DNA of 64,000 nucleotides from Tubiluchus corallicola (GCA_030141605.1 JAQGDQ010000757.1:1-64000), one strand, 5' to 3'; counted from the stretch's first letter, positions 25,901 to 36,533 are shown. Program-made: numbers and translations. Notes: generated by a model not told the origin, from the letters alone.

Positions 25901-27863
25901 TTTTGAAGATAACAGACTTTTTGCTAATAATTTCTATAATAGCTTCATTACTCTTTTTCTCTTCTCTTCTCTTCTCTTCTCTTCTCTTCTCTTCTCTTCT
26001 CTTCTCTTCTCCTCTCTTCTCTTTTCTGCTCTCTTCTCTTCTTCTCTTCTCTTCTATTCTCTTCTCTTCTCGCCTCTTCTCTTCTCTTCTCCTCTCCTTT
26101 TCTCTCCTCTCTTCTCTTCTCTCCCCCTCTCCTCTCTTTTCTCTTCTCTTCTCTTCTCTCTCTTCTCGTCTCTTCTCGTCTCCTCTCTTCTCTTCTCTTC
26201 TCTTCTCTTCTCTTCTCTTCTCTTCTCTTCTCTTCTCTTCTCTTCTCTTCTCTTCTCTTCTCTTCTCTTCTCTTCTCTTCTCTTCTCTTCTCTTCTCTTC
26301 TCTTCTCTTCTCTTCTCTTCTCTTCTCTTCTCTTCTCTCCTCTCCTCTCCTCCCTCTCCTCTCTTCTCTTCTCTTCTCTTCTCCTCTCCTCTCCTCTCCT
26401 CTCCTCTCCTCTCCTCTCCTCTCCTCTCCTCTCCTCTCCTCTTCTCTTCTCTTCTGTTCTTTTCTTTTCTTTTCTCTTCGCTTCTTTCTTTCTTACTCCT
26501 TTTTTCCTGTACATAGTGAGATTACTTGGGTGGGTTGTCTCAGGAGAAGTGCTCAACTTTCGCTTTGTTGTCATTCTAGCGAAACAGCTTAATTTAGTTG
26601 TGCGCCTGGCCGCGCTTAACGGGGATTGAGGGAAAACAGCCGAAATCCGAATTCTGGCTGGGGGTACAACTTGTTCCTGATGATTCCAGATGTAGTGTAG
26701 TCGCGTGCCGTGTGTTTAGGTGCATGGCCTTGACCAGTCTGTGTTGTTATGATTATAAATGCATAAACATCTCCTTAGTATTACATTTACAATAGCCTTA
26801 TACAAAAGAGTTTTCAGATTTTATGCTCAACATGTACACATGACTGTAATGTAAGAAAATAAGCAATTACTTCGATCATGTACGTACGACGATGTATTTT
26901 TGATGACTAAATTTTGCAGGGTGTACAAGCTGACTTTAGCGATTTTCAAACGTGAAGAATAAACTTCTTATGATTAGATTTGCACTCACCAGTTTCTCTC
27001 CAGATAGGACCTCCAACAAAGCCAGTAGCTTGGTGCCATCTTCAATGTCGGCAAACAGGTCATCTACCCGCAATGGTGGATCATGCTAAAATGCATAACA
27101 ACATTAAATAACGAGCTTACTTGCAACAATGACCTTGTTAGTCTGTATTAATAACCATCTTGTCATTTTTGGTTATAAAATTAAAAAATAGTCTGAAACT
27201 GCTTCTAGAGGATACTGAATAGCCATCACAAGAAGTCATTATGGGCAAGAACTTATTTTGACGTTTTTGATCTTGCAACTTTGACATTTGACGTTTTGAG
27301 CTCAAAAGCAATGGGTTTCCAGATCTTACCCAAATACACTAAACGCCCTACTCAGTACGCATGCGCGTAATTCTGTATGTTCTTGTTACACTTTAAAAAC
27401 TCTGCTCCCTGTAATAAAACATTATCAGCTTTTGTAAAATGGAAACGCAAAAAATAAAATGTTGTTAAAGGGTTAAATAATGTTTGATACTGAGGTTACT
27501 AAACTGTCAAAACCGTGTTGTTCTGGGAGTGACAATCTTATATTGATTATTTACAAGTAACATTTTACGTTAATGGTGTAATAAACAATGGTTCCTTGGT
27601 TTCTCGCGAACCGCTAAAACCATTAACCTGAGTCCAAGACAAATAATACTAAAGTATTAAGCAATGCGATCATACAATAATTAATAGCACTACCAGTTTG
27701 CCAGTTTGTACATGTAACTGTGCTGTCACTGTTTGCTTGTGTTGTTTACAGAGAATTTTTAAATGCTTGTAGCACCCAGAAGGCATAGTTATCATTCTTA
27801 CCTGGGCTAGATAGGAGTTGATCCAGTTTGTGAAAGTTTTCTTCTGCACTCGTTCCTGCTGCT
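215..27863 (-). CDS. SYNE1: Nesprin-1/SYNE1/MSP-300-like gene, left (minus-strand) copy, partial: CH1-CH2 plus spectrin repeats, 29 exons
   Basis: Exons in transcript order: 27802-27863, 26990-27085, 25645-25728, 22447-22539, 21958-22148, 20930-21126, 20552-20664, 20078-20224, 18808-19119, 17919-18200, 16934-17027, 15037-15242, 14258-14419, 13761-13916, 13055-13198, 11955-12131, 11363-11506, 9247-9414, 8456-8593, 7696-7857, 7156-7251, 6293-6441, 5387-5495, 4586-4745, 3669-3829, 2478-2654, 1763-1903, 949-1194, 215-376. Junctions are GT-AG (one GC-AG), phases are compatible and I saw no stops. CH motifs [59 protein letters not shown] and [10 protein letters not shown] match the nesprin-1 N-terminus. 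Start exon not found; the gene probably continues past the window start. Confidence 0.88.
1653..1742 (+). repeat. (CA)n/(CGCA)n microsatellite; mirror at 54820-54895
   Basis: Direct reading. Confidence 0.95.
5056..5160 (+). repeat. (TGTTA)n microsatellite; mirror at 51305-51415
   Basis: Direct reading. Confidence 0.95.
6849..7053. mobile_element. TTAA-flanked MITE (Kolobok-like), short copy; mirror at 49640-49844
   Basis: TTAA|AGGCCTACACAACCCC...GGGTTTAGTTTGATT|TTAA. Both ends resemble those of the 9628-10066 copy. Confidence 0.6.
7398..7476 (-). mobile_element. tRNA-derived SINE head fragment; mirror at ~49201-49282
   Basis: A-box-like TGGTTTGTTGG and B-box GGTTCAAATCC; no complete cloverleaf. 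Similar decayed heads at ~11675-11750 and ~12213-12265. Confidence 0.5.
9628..10066. mobile_element. TTAA-flanked MITE (Kolobok-like), same family in opposite orientation
   Basis: TTAA|AGTCATACTAAACCC...GGGGTTATTTGGGCTT|TTAA. The right arm keeps only ~90 bp of it (~47073-47161). Confidence 0.6.
12415..12625 (+). mobile_element. Old RTE-like LINE 3' fragment; mirror at ~45190-45405
   Basis: Degenerate translation ..[19 protein letters not shown].., typical of an RTE ORF end. Confidence 0.5.
13574..13710 (+). repeat. ~47-bp tandem repeat, 3 units (2 in the right arm)
   Basis: Units of the form AAAACTTGGGACATCACATGGAAACAAAACAATGTTCCAGTAAAGC. Confidence 0.8.
13969..14124 (+). repeat. Degenerate (GTA/GTG)n trinucleotide tract; longer mirror at 43668-43884
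   Basis: Direct reading. Confidence 0.9.
15501..16557 (-). mobile_element. 5'-truncated RTE-clade non-LTR retrotransposon, left arm only, 13-bp TSD
   Basis: Open frame [24 protein letters not shown]...YLGS...LLYGCETW...[11 protein letters not shown]...[21 protein letters not shown] (RT C-terminal half plus C2H2-like tail). (GAC)n 3' tail. TSD TTAATGTAATAGT at 15488-15500 and 16558-16570. The empty site is at ~42294-42306. Confidence 0.95.
15554..16513 (-). CDS. Partial reverse transcriptase ORF of the RTE element
   Basis: 319-aa ORF with the YADD catalytic motif, uninterrupted but 5'-truncated. Confidence 0.85.
   Translation of the reverse strand: MTELQYADDNAAPAHSANHLQQSVSNFCDAYSRFGLTVNIGKTKVIVQPSPEADTPVCNISINGADLECVEHFPYLGSLLSVQCNSTKDVENRLRAAHAAFGRLSTRVFGNAHLTRRTKLMVYNAIVVSTLLYGCETWTLYRQDLKKLEQFHQKKLRSVSNIRWDDYVTNNSVLERFNTTSIEAMITKHRLRWAGHVARMDENRLPRRILFSELSTGKRPLGRPRRRYKDQLKETLQSARIDPETWEQTARQRTKWRRVIQEGTEHFETTRGAAIEAKRQRRKEKARQPQVTPTIQCDKCTRMFRARIGLLSHQRAHHS
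17120..17420 (+). mobile_element. Old RTE-like LINE 3' fragment; mirror at ~41447-41745
   Basis: [19 protein letters not shown] motif (RT thumb/C-terminus), frameshifted, with a GAT-type tail. Confidence 0.55.
18411..18620 (+). repeat. (GA)n microsatellite; shorter mirror at 40330-40447
   Basis: Direct reading. Confidence 0.95.
19740..19985 (+). repeat. Compound (CAT)n/(GTT)n/(TAT)n microsatellite; mirror at 39022-39222
   Basis: Direct reading; the (TAT)n run is much longer in the left arm. Confidence 0.95.
20552..27863 (-). CDS. SYNE1: CH1 and CH2 exons (7 exons) of the left copy
   Basis: Reverse complement of the exons in 31175-38455, with two amino-acid differences seen (KAS/KAA, HKAR/HKSR). 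Confidence 0.92.
22825..24394. mobile_element. Foldback-like element with ~200-240-bp inverted ends made of ~20-bp tandem units (AAAAGTGCACAGCAAAAAATC)
   Basis: 22825-23062 and 24213-24394 are diverged inverted copies sharing the minisatellite and a unique inner tail (GTTAAC..TTTATGTAGA.TAG...CTTCTAATGTT). Confidence 0.55.
25955..26480 (+). repeat. (CTCTT)n/(CTCCT)n polypyrimidine satellite
   Basis: About 520 bp of pentamer repeats. Confidence 0.97.
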
Positions 27864-28489
27864 CTATAAAGGAAATTGGGATAATTCAATACAGTTCGGG
27901 AACCAGTTTTAGGCCCTACTCCGTTTTCACTATTGTTATTATGATATGGTAATGTAGATAAAGGTAAAAAAGTAACCTGCGGCATAAAATAACAGTCTTT
28001 AAGCCTGTTAATAACAGATAAAGTCTTTATCCTAGAATGGCAAGAAAACATTCAGTTGATCTTTTAGTTCCTAAAAGAAAAATTCTCATTTCCATCAGTA
28101 AAGATGTCTAGATATAATTTGTATAGTCATAGTATCAATGTAATAATTTACTTATCATCACTTTACATTGGGATGTAGGTCTTAAACATTCTTGTATATA
28201 TATCTTGTGCATTTTTACATCTTTGTTTGCACATGCATTTTTATATATAATTTTGTACAGCTGTTTATAATTTTTGCGTAATTGTTACAGTATATATTTA
28301 TGTATATTACTAATTTCTTTACGTGTATTTCAAAGCATAATATTGAGGAAGTGGACCTGCAAATAAAGGCGTAATAAAAGGTTCATGGTTTTCATCATCA
28401 TATTTTCATCATCATCATCATCATCGTCATTATCGCCGTCGCCGTCGCCGTCTTCGTCATCATCAACATCATCACCACCATCACGTCAT

Positions 28490-30601
28490 TTCGCTTAGCA
28501 ATTTTGTTCATCCACACCACATCATTCAGTAGATAATAACTGCAACTATGTATTATATACATACTATCACACCTAATATAAGCATTTGTGGCATGTTAGC
28601 AATTTTGTCGCCAGTTTATGTCACTGCTGTTATTAGCTTGTTTTCAGGCGTTTTTCTTGTTTGACAAACTCAGTTGAACTAGCGCAGGAAAGACTACACG
28701 GAACAACAATCTCTATATTTTTAATAAAGTGAGTAGGGAATATTTAGTGAGTAGGGGATAACTCTCAATATTTGTCATATTTTTTACAGTGTTAGAAAAG
28801 ATATAAAGAGAATTGCGAAGTTTTTTTTTGTTAAAAGTAATTTTTGGATCACATGAATAATTTAGTAGTTAATCTCTTATATTAATATTCTTGGTATGGG
28901 CTTAATTTATATATATATAAGATTCGAGGCTACAGCCCGGATGGCAGCACCATTTGCGGCGATCTATATATCAAAAGAAAGGTCTCGATCTAGTGTCGTG
29001 CCATTGATGGTTTATTTTTCGAATTGGGCCCACCGGAAGGAATGGGGGGCGAAAAACCTCCAAAAATGGCCATTTTTCGGCCGTTTTTGCAAAAGTTATA
29101 CAGCTGAGATATAGAGAACGGGAACGGGCCGAGGGGGGTGCTGGGTATTTTATTAAATGTTTTCCATAGTTTATATGTGCCTAGTAATACTTGATAATAC
29201 TAATATAAGTGTGGAAAGAACTTTGACATGTTATGCAGTAGATTGTGTACAGCATAACATGATTTCATGACAAGAGAGAAGGGAAGCAATGATAATTTTT
29301 TTATATCCGCATGAACAGCAAAAGCGACATAACGTAGGTACTTTTTTATACTTTATGATACTTTTTAACAACCCTACAAGATTATATGATAAACAGACTT
29401 TCAGAAAAACAGACATTCAGACAAGCTGGACAGACAGATGGACAAAAAATTTTCCTTAAAAGAGAACCTACACGTATAACAACTACGTATCTTTTAATTT
29501 AGCTCGATTACGTATACTAATGCATCTAACTAGCTGTATTTTTCGAGTTATTCGTCATCGTGGCCTAATAGGTTAATGAAGTATTTATCAAAGCCTTTTA
29601 TGTAAATTCGTGCAACACACAAATATGTCAGCTGCGCTTTTATGTGTTTTTCTTTATTCGGTGCTTTTAATATAATTTTTAGGTACTTGTTGGTTTGTCG
29701 GCGTCTCATTTATTTTCATGTTCGCATACATTAAAATATTGTGCTTTAGCTTTTTACATAAAACCTCTCAAAAATCAATCGCCTGCTAATCGACATAAAT
29801 TTTCAATAACAAATTCTTTAAATTTTCACGGTCAGACGAACGAAAATTGAGACTGCGACACAGTTTTGCGTGAATATCGAACTCCAATTTGGTCTCCATC
29901 GTTTGCGCCACATATATTTATTTTCCCGCTATCATTTTTCTTCACGAGTTTTTAGGGAAAAAAGTATCATAATTTGCAGTGTCACACAATGTCTTGGTTG
30001 AGTGTTAAGATAAATAGAGGCATGAAGCATTTAGCTGTCAAATTCACATAGATTTAAAAATGTTTAAAGGCGCTGGTGGCAGTAATGATGATGATGGCGA
30101 TGGTGGTTGTGGTGATGATGAAGATAATGACGATCATGGTAACAACAATGATGATGATGATGATAATAATGATGATGCAGGAGACATAGATCATGACTTC
30201 AATATTATTACAACACTGACGATGAGTAAATAAGTAAAAAATGTGTTAACGCCTAAAGATTTTCATTGCTATCTCAGTCTTATGCCAGTGCTAATATGAA
30301 AACAAGGTTAAATTCAAGCACCTAGTTTTCCTGTGTGGAAGCTATTTTCTTAATGAAAATAAGAACAGCCTTGTTTTTCACTGTAAAGCTGTTAACAGCT
30401 GTTCTTCAGGGTCTGAGCAAAACCAAATGGAATTGGTTATCTAACTGGACGTCTCAAAAATATACAGGGAAGATGCTGTTCACAGATAGCTGAAGCTTTG
30501 AGCAAACCGCACAGCAAATAGACTAACTTTCGCGTTGTGGGGAAAGAGAGACAGCTAGAATGAAAATGATGATGATGCTGGTAATGATGGTGTTGATGAT
30601 G
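28490..30601. other. Unique spacer (loop) of the palindrome, ~2.1 kb
   Basis: No inverted partner. It is the only unique sequence upstream of both gene copies and contains repeat fragments and (GAT)n tracts. Confidence 0.9.
28908..29186 (+). mobile_element. Possible non-autonomous Helitron-like repeat in the spacer
   Basis: Begins with (TA)nAA, has a GC-rich body and ends CTAG|T. No clear subterminal hairpin. Confidence 0.25.
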
Positions 30602-30700
30602 ATGACGATGATGGTGGTGATGATGTTGATGATGACGAAGACGGCGACGGCGACGGCGATAATGACGATGATGATGATGATGATGAAAATATGATGATGA
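30567..30700 (+). repeat. Degenerate (GAT)n tract containing the inner arm boundary; truncated mirror at 28392-28489
   Basis: Direct reading. Confidence 0.9.
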
Positions 30701-31174
30701 AAACCATGAACCTTTTATTACGCCTTTATTTGCAGGTCCACTTCCTCAATATTATGCTTTGAAATACACGTAAAGAAATTAGTAATATACATAAATATAT
30801 ACTGTAACAATTACGCAAAAATTATAAACAACTGTACAAAATTATATATAAAAATGCATGTACAAACAAAGATGTAAAAATGCACAAGGCATCCCAATGT
30901 AAAGTGATGATAAGTAAATTGTTACATTGATACTATGACTATACAAATTATATCTAGACATCTTTACTGATGGAAATAAGAATTTTTCTTTTAGGAACTA
31001 AAAGATCAATTGAATGTTTTCTTGCCATTCTAGGATAAAGACTTGTTATTTTATGCCGCAGGTTACTTTTTTACCTTTATCTACATTACCATATCATAAT
31101 AACAATAGTGAAAACGGAGTAGGGCCTAAATCCGGTTCCTGAACTGTATTGAATTATCCCAATTTCCTTTATAG

Positions 31175-34100
31175 AGCAGCAGGAACGAGTGCAGAAGAAA
31201 ACTTTCACAAACTGGATCAACTCCTATCTAGCCCAGGTAAGAATGATAACTATGCCTTCTGGGTGCTACAAGCATTAAAAAATTTTCTGTAAGCAACACA
31301 AACAAACAGTGACAACACAGTTACATGTACAAACTGGTAAACTGGTAGTGCTATTAATTATTGTATGATCGCATTGCTTAATACTTTAGTATTATTTGCT
31401 TGGACTCAGGTTAATGGTTTTAGCGGTTCGCGAGAAACCAAGGAACCATTGTTTATCACATCATTAACGTAAAATGTTACTTTTAAATAATCAATATAAG
31501 ATTGTCACCCCCAAAACAATACGGTTCTGACAGTTTAATAACCTCAGTATCAAACATTATTTAACCCTTTAACAACATTTTATTTTTTGCGTTTCCATTT
31601 TACAAAAGCTGATAATGTTTTATTACAGGGAGCAGAGTTTTTAAAGTGTAACAAGAACATACAGAATTACGCGCATGCGTACTGAGTAAGGCGTTTAGTG
31701 TATTTGGGTAAGATCTGGAAACCCATTGCTTTTGAGCTCAAAACGTCAAATGTCAAAGTTGCAAGATCAAAAACGTCAAAATAAGTTCTTGCCCATAATG
31801 ACTTCTGTGATGGCTATTCAGTATCCTCTAGAAGCAGTTTCAGACTATTTTTTAATTTTATAACCAAAAATGACAAGATGGTTTTTAATACAGACTAACA
31901 AGGTCATTGTTGCAAGTAAGCTCGTTATTTAATGTTGTTATGCATTTTAGCATGATCCACCATTGCGGGTAGATGACCTGTTTGCCGACATTGAAGATGG
32001 CACCAAGCTACTGGCTTTGTTGGAGGTCCTATCTGGAGAGAAACTGGTGAGTGCAAATCTAATCATAAGAAGTTTATTCTTCATGTTTGAAAATCGCTAA
32101 AGTCAGCTTGTACACCCTGCAAAATTTAGTCATCAAAAATACATCGTCGTATGCACATCATCGAAGTAATTGCTTATTTTCTTACATTACAGTCATGTGT
32201 ACATGTTGAGCATAAAATCTGAAATCTCTTTTGTATAAGGCTATTGTAAATGTAATACTAAAAGGAGATGTTTATGCATTTATAATCATAACAACACAGA
32301 CTGGTCAAGGCCATGCACCTAAACACACGGCACGCGACTACACTACATCTGGAATCATCAGGAACAAGTTGTACCCCCAGCCAGAATTCGGATTTCGGCT
32401 GTTTTCCCTCAATCCCCGTTAAGCGCGGCCAGGCGCACAACTAAATTAAGCTGTTTCGCTAGAATGACAACAAAGCGAAACTTGAGCACTTCTCCTGAGA
32501 CAACCCACCCAAGTAATCTCACTATGTACAGGAAAAAAGGAGTAAGAAAGAAAGAAGCGAAGAGAAAAGAAAAGAAAAGAACAGAAGAGAGGAGAGGAGA
32601 GGAGAGGAGAGGAGAGGAGAGCAGAGCAGAGGAGAGGAGAGGAGAGGACAGGAGAAGAACAGAGGAGATGAGAGGAGAGGGAGGAGAGGAGAGGAGAGGA
32701 GAAGAAAAGAAAAGAAAAGAAAATAGAAGAGAAGAGAAGAGAAGAGAAGAGAAGAGAAGAGAAGAGAAGAGAAGAGAAGAGAAGAGAAGAGAAGAGAAGA
32801 GAAGTGAAGAGAAGAGAAGAGAAGAAGAAATGGGAGGAAAGAAAAGGAGAGGAGAGGAAAAGAGGGGTATGAGAGCAGAGGGGAGGAGAGGAGAGGGAAG
32901 AAGACAAGAGTAAAAAAGAGAAGAAAAGAGAAGAGAAGAGAAGAGAAGAGAAGAGAAGAGAAGAGAAGGGAAAAAGAGTAATGAAGCTATTATAGAAATT
33001 ATTAGCAAAAAGTCTGTTATCTTCAAAAATAGTGGCTAGGCTGCAGCACCAAGCAGATTCTGAATAAGCCACTTAATTTTTTCAGTAAACACGAATGGGT
33101 TTTACACATTTCAGATGTGTTTTGTGCACAGAAGCATTTTGATTTTCAGGTTTACAAAGGTCATAGTCATTGATATCTGCCTTGTGGTTATTTGTTGCAG
33201 CCCAGGGAGAGAGGCGTGCGATTACGGCGCCCTCAGCACATGAGCAACATTAGCCATGCTCTCGGTTTCTTAGAAACGAAACGAGTAAGTTGAGCTCATT
33301 TACCAAAATTGAAATAAGTCTATTTCGGATTGCATTCAAATGTTATGCAAACATCCGGCTTGAGAGATATTATCGGCGTCTTAGTGTTGGAATGCGTTTG
33401 CAAAGGCTAAAGCTGTAAATAAAATCTTTTTGAGACTCTGCGACTGTGCATGTTCCACTTTCATAAGTTTACACGAATTTTTAATGATACAATTTAAGAT
33501 TTTGCTGCAGGTATTCATAATACTGGCTATTTGACAAATTTAGGTATTATAGACCAGCACCAGCACTTTTTTTAATGATCGATGCCTATAACTAGTTAAG
33601 GCTTATTTAGTACATGCATGTTGCTCAGAACTATTGCTTGCTTCACTTTCTTGAACTGTGTGTAGCTGAGTGGTTAAGGTTTTATTCTTGGATGGGGGAG
33701 GGGCGATCCCCACGAACGAAGTTAGCAATGATGCAGGTGAGCAAACAGATGGGTGAAACACTTCGAATCTTGCTCTGAGCGTGTCTCGTTTGCTCATGCT
33801 AATCCTGGTTGCTTATTTCGTAGATGGAGGGTGTATAACAGGCCCATATCCAAACGTGACTAAGACATCTCTAACAATTTAGTAGGTCGCCTTACGATAA
33901 GCATGTCTTAACCGATAATGAGTCAGGCTCTATCTCGTCAGAAAATGGCTCTTCTGAATAGGACTTGTTGTGACGTTAGATTCTGGCTCGCAGTGTTGCA
34001 AGTTGTGTAAAAATAACTATTTTACTGTTCACTTTGTCTTGCACCTGAGGAAGTAATGCGGGTTTTCTCTCCCACTAGTTTGGAAATACGCCCCCTTCCC

Positions 34101-36533
34101 CAAGGGAAGCAAGTTACTTGGGGAGTTAGTTGAGAATCACTTATCTAAGACATTGAAAAATGAAGATAATTTAGATACCATTAGCAACGAGCCTGCATTC
34201 AGTAAACTGTCTGGGTTTCAACCCCCCACTGTCAGTGAGTTAGTTGTCGGTGCATCTTTTAACAAATTTCTGGCAAACTCGCGTCTAGTCTAACAACCAA
34301 CTTCAGTAAGCCCTACGAACACTACCCATCGCAAGGTGAGAAGGTGGTATAAGTATAAAGAGCTGTTGGAGTGTGGGTGAAAAAATGCAGTAAAACGGCA
34401 AGTTACCTCCCCTTATTATGTTGTAGTCGTGCAGTCGATACGAAGATTTCCGGTTGACCGAAACACAAAATCGTATTCTACACTTTTGTAGCAGAGATCA
34501 GCGGTTGAAGATGTACACATTTTCAAGCTCAAAAAGTGCACAGCAAAAAATGCGTTATTCTCAGTAAAAGATCAGAAGTGCACAGCGAGAAATCAAAAAC
34601 GCACTGCAAAAAATGAAAAGTGCACAGCAAAAAATCAAAAGGGCACAGCTAAAAATCAAATGTGCACACACAAAAAAGCACAAGATGTTATTGTTAACCT
34701 TTTTATGTAGAATAGTGCAGACCCTTCTAATGTTAGTAACACTGCTGAAGTGTGTGTAGCTTGGCGGAGACGTAAAATGTGTTGCGCAAGTAGCAAAATA
34801 CCAAAAATTCTGCTAATCAAACTTTCAATAACTTAACTTTGAACATTCTGCTAAATTTCTAATAATAAAAATAATTAAGCTGATGATGACAGCTGACTCA
34901 TTTATTAACAGACTGACTAAATGATGATTTATGCAGTTTTGAGAGTGGCACAGCCATAGTTTAAAATTTAATTCGTTCATTGATTAAAAATTTGCTCAGA
35001 AAAGCGTCCTAGTCCTGCCATACTTGAAAATGGCTGTGAATTAATTTGCTAAATTTGAGTGCAACTACAGTGTCACTACCAGCAATACTATTTTAACTTA
35101 TAGTAATATTATAGCCTTTTCATTATGTTATCATCATCATTATTATTCGTATGTATTACCTGTACCTCGTTTTGAGTGAAAATATCACATTGATGTTGTC
35201 AAATTATTTTTTGATAATGGCCTAAAAATTTCTACACACCATAAGTCATGTATATATTGACGCCATCCGCTCCTCAGCCTGGAGTAAGCTCTGCTTCCGG
35301 GAGAATCCTTTCCGATAATCAATTAATAGCGAATTATCGGCATCCAGATCTTGCTAACTTATGAATGATGGCTTGCAATAGGGGCATTGCTGCTCAAGGT
35401 TGTCCTTTTTTGGATAACATGCAGGGTTTCAAAGTGTGCATGCCCCAACTAACATTTGGCAGGCCGTGCACTGCCGATAAAATTTTTTTCAAATTTTATT
35501 TGTGAGTAACTTTAATTGCAACCATTCTCGAAACTTACGTGGCTTTTCCCTGTGGTAGGACTAAATTAAATCCCAGAGGACTAAAGCTGAATCAACAATG
35601 GATAAGAAACAGCTAGCCATCTGTGATCAGTATCAGTAATTATTATTAAAATTGTCAAAAATTGCCAGAAATTCTTTACCAATGCATGTATATGGATGTA
35701 GCAAACCTTTCTGCTAACATCATAGTAATTTTTCAAGGCAAATAATAGAAAAATAAAATAGCACATATAAAAATCTTTTGTTATACGTAAATTGTAACAC
35801 GCATGTCATTTAATCATAAAATAGATACACAGATTTAAAAATTAATACAAATTTACAAAAATCGTTTCTACCTAACACAACAGAACATTCTTAAGTTACA
35901 TGATGAAAGTTCTGGATGATAGAATTCACCTATTTAAAAACATTAGAAGTGCCTCGCTAGTCTACATAAACAAGTTAACGTTTTAGACTTTTGATTTTTC
36001 ACTGTGCAGTTTTGATTCCTCGCTGTGCACATTTGAGTTTTTGTTGTCCACTTTTGATTTTTCTCTGTGCACTTTGATTTTTTGCTGAGAACAATGAATT
36101 TTTTGCTGTGCACTTTGTATTTTTTGCAGCGCACTTTTGAGCTTAAAAAGGTGTGGTTTGTAGGTATCTAAATACTTGGATTTTTTATCATTATTTGAGT
36201 TATACTACGTATTGTAGAAAATATTGTCTTACATGTGAGAGTCAATGGCCGCAAAATTACACTAATGGACAAGTTAATTACATTCAGTACTAAGAGTACT
36301 AAGTAAATTAGGTATTCTTTTTTCATGCGGTTTACTAATGTTATATTTTTTAGCGCTGCTGTCTGTTGGTTATTTTACTTAAGTAGATCGCAGATGGCAT
36401 ATTTTGTTTTCATTCATGACAATAACAGTTTTTATTTTAGTTGAAGCTTGTCAACATCAATGCATCGGACATCATTGATGGGAAGCCATCAATTGTTTTG
36501 GGCCTTATTTGGACAATCATTCTCTATTTCCAG
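31175..36533 (+). CDS. SYNE1: CH1 domain exons (4 exons) of the right copy
   Basis: [21 protein letters not shown]|[32 protein letters not shown]|[28 protein letters not shown]|[31 protein letters not shown]; canonical splice sites. Confidence 0.93.

Larger units (their letters stand above)
1..28489 (-). repeat. Left arm of giant inverted repeat (open at window start)
   Basis: Base 1 onward (acaagtagttacgtgcataagatcacgtga) is the reverse complement of sequence ending at 56546. Colinearity holds through all exons and introns to the (CAT)n tract ending at ~28489. Confidence 0.97.

Noticed and set aside
25857-26592. 200+ aa ORFs (poly-LFSS, poly-EEKRR) and their mirrors at 32409-33072
   Set aside because: Translations of the pentamer satellite inside an intron, open in several frames on both strands.
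30560-30762. Met-rich or Asp-rich reading frames as a start exon
   Set aside because: Product of the (GAT)n microsatellite; these frames hit stops before any compatible donor.
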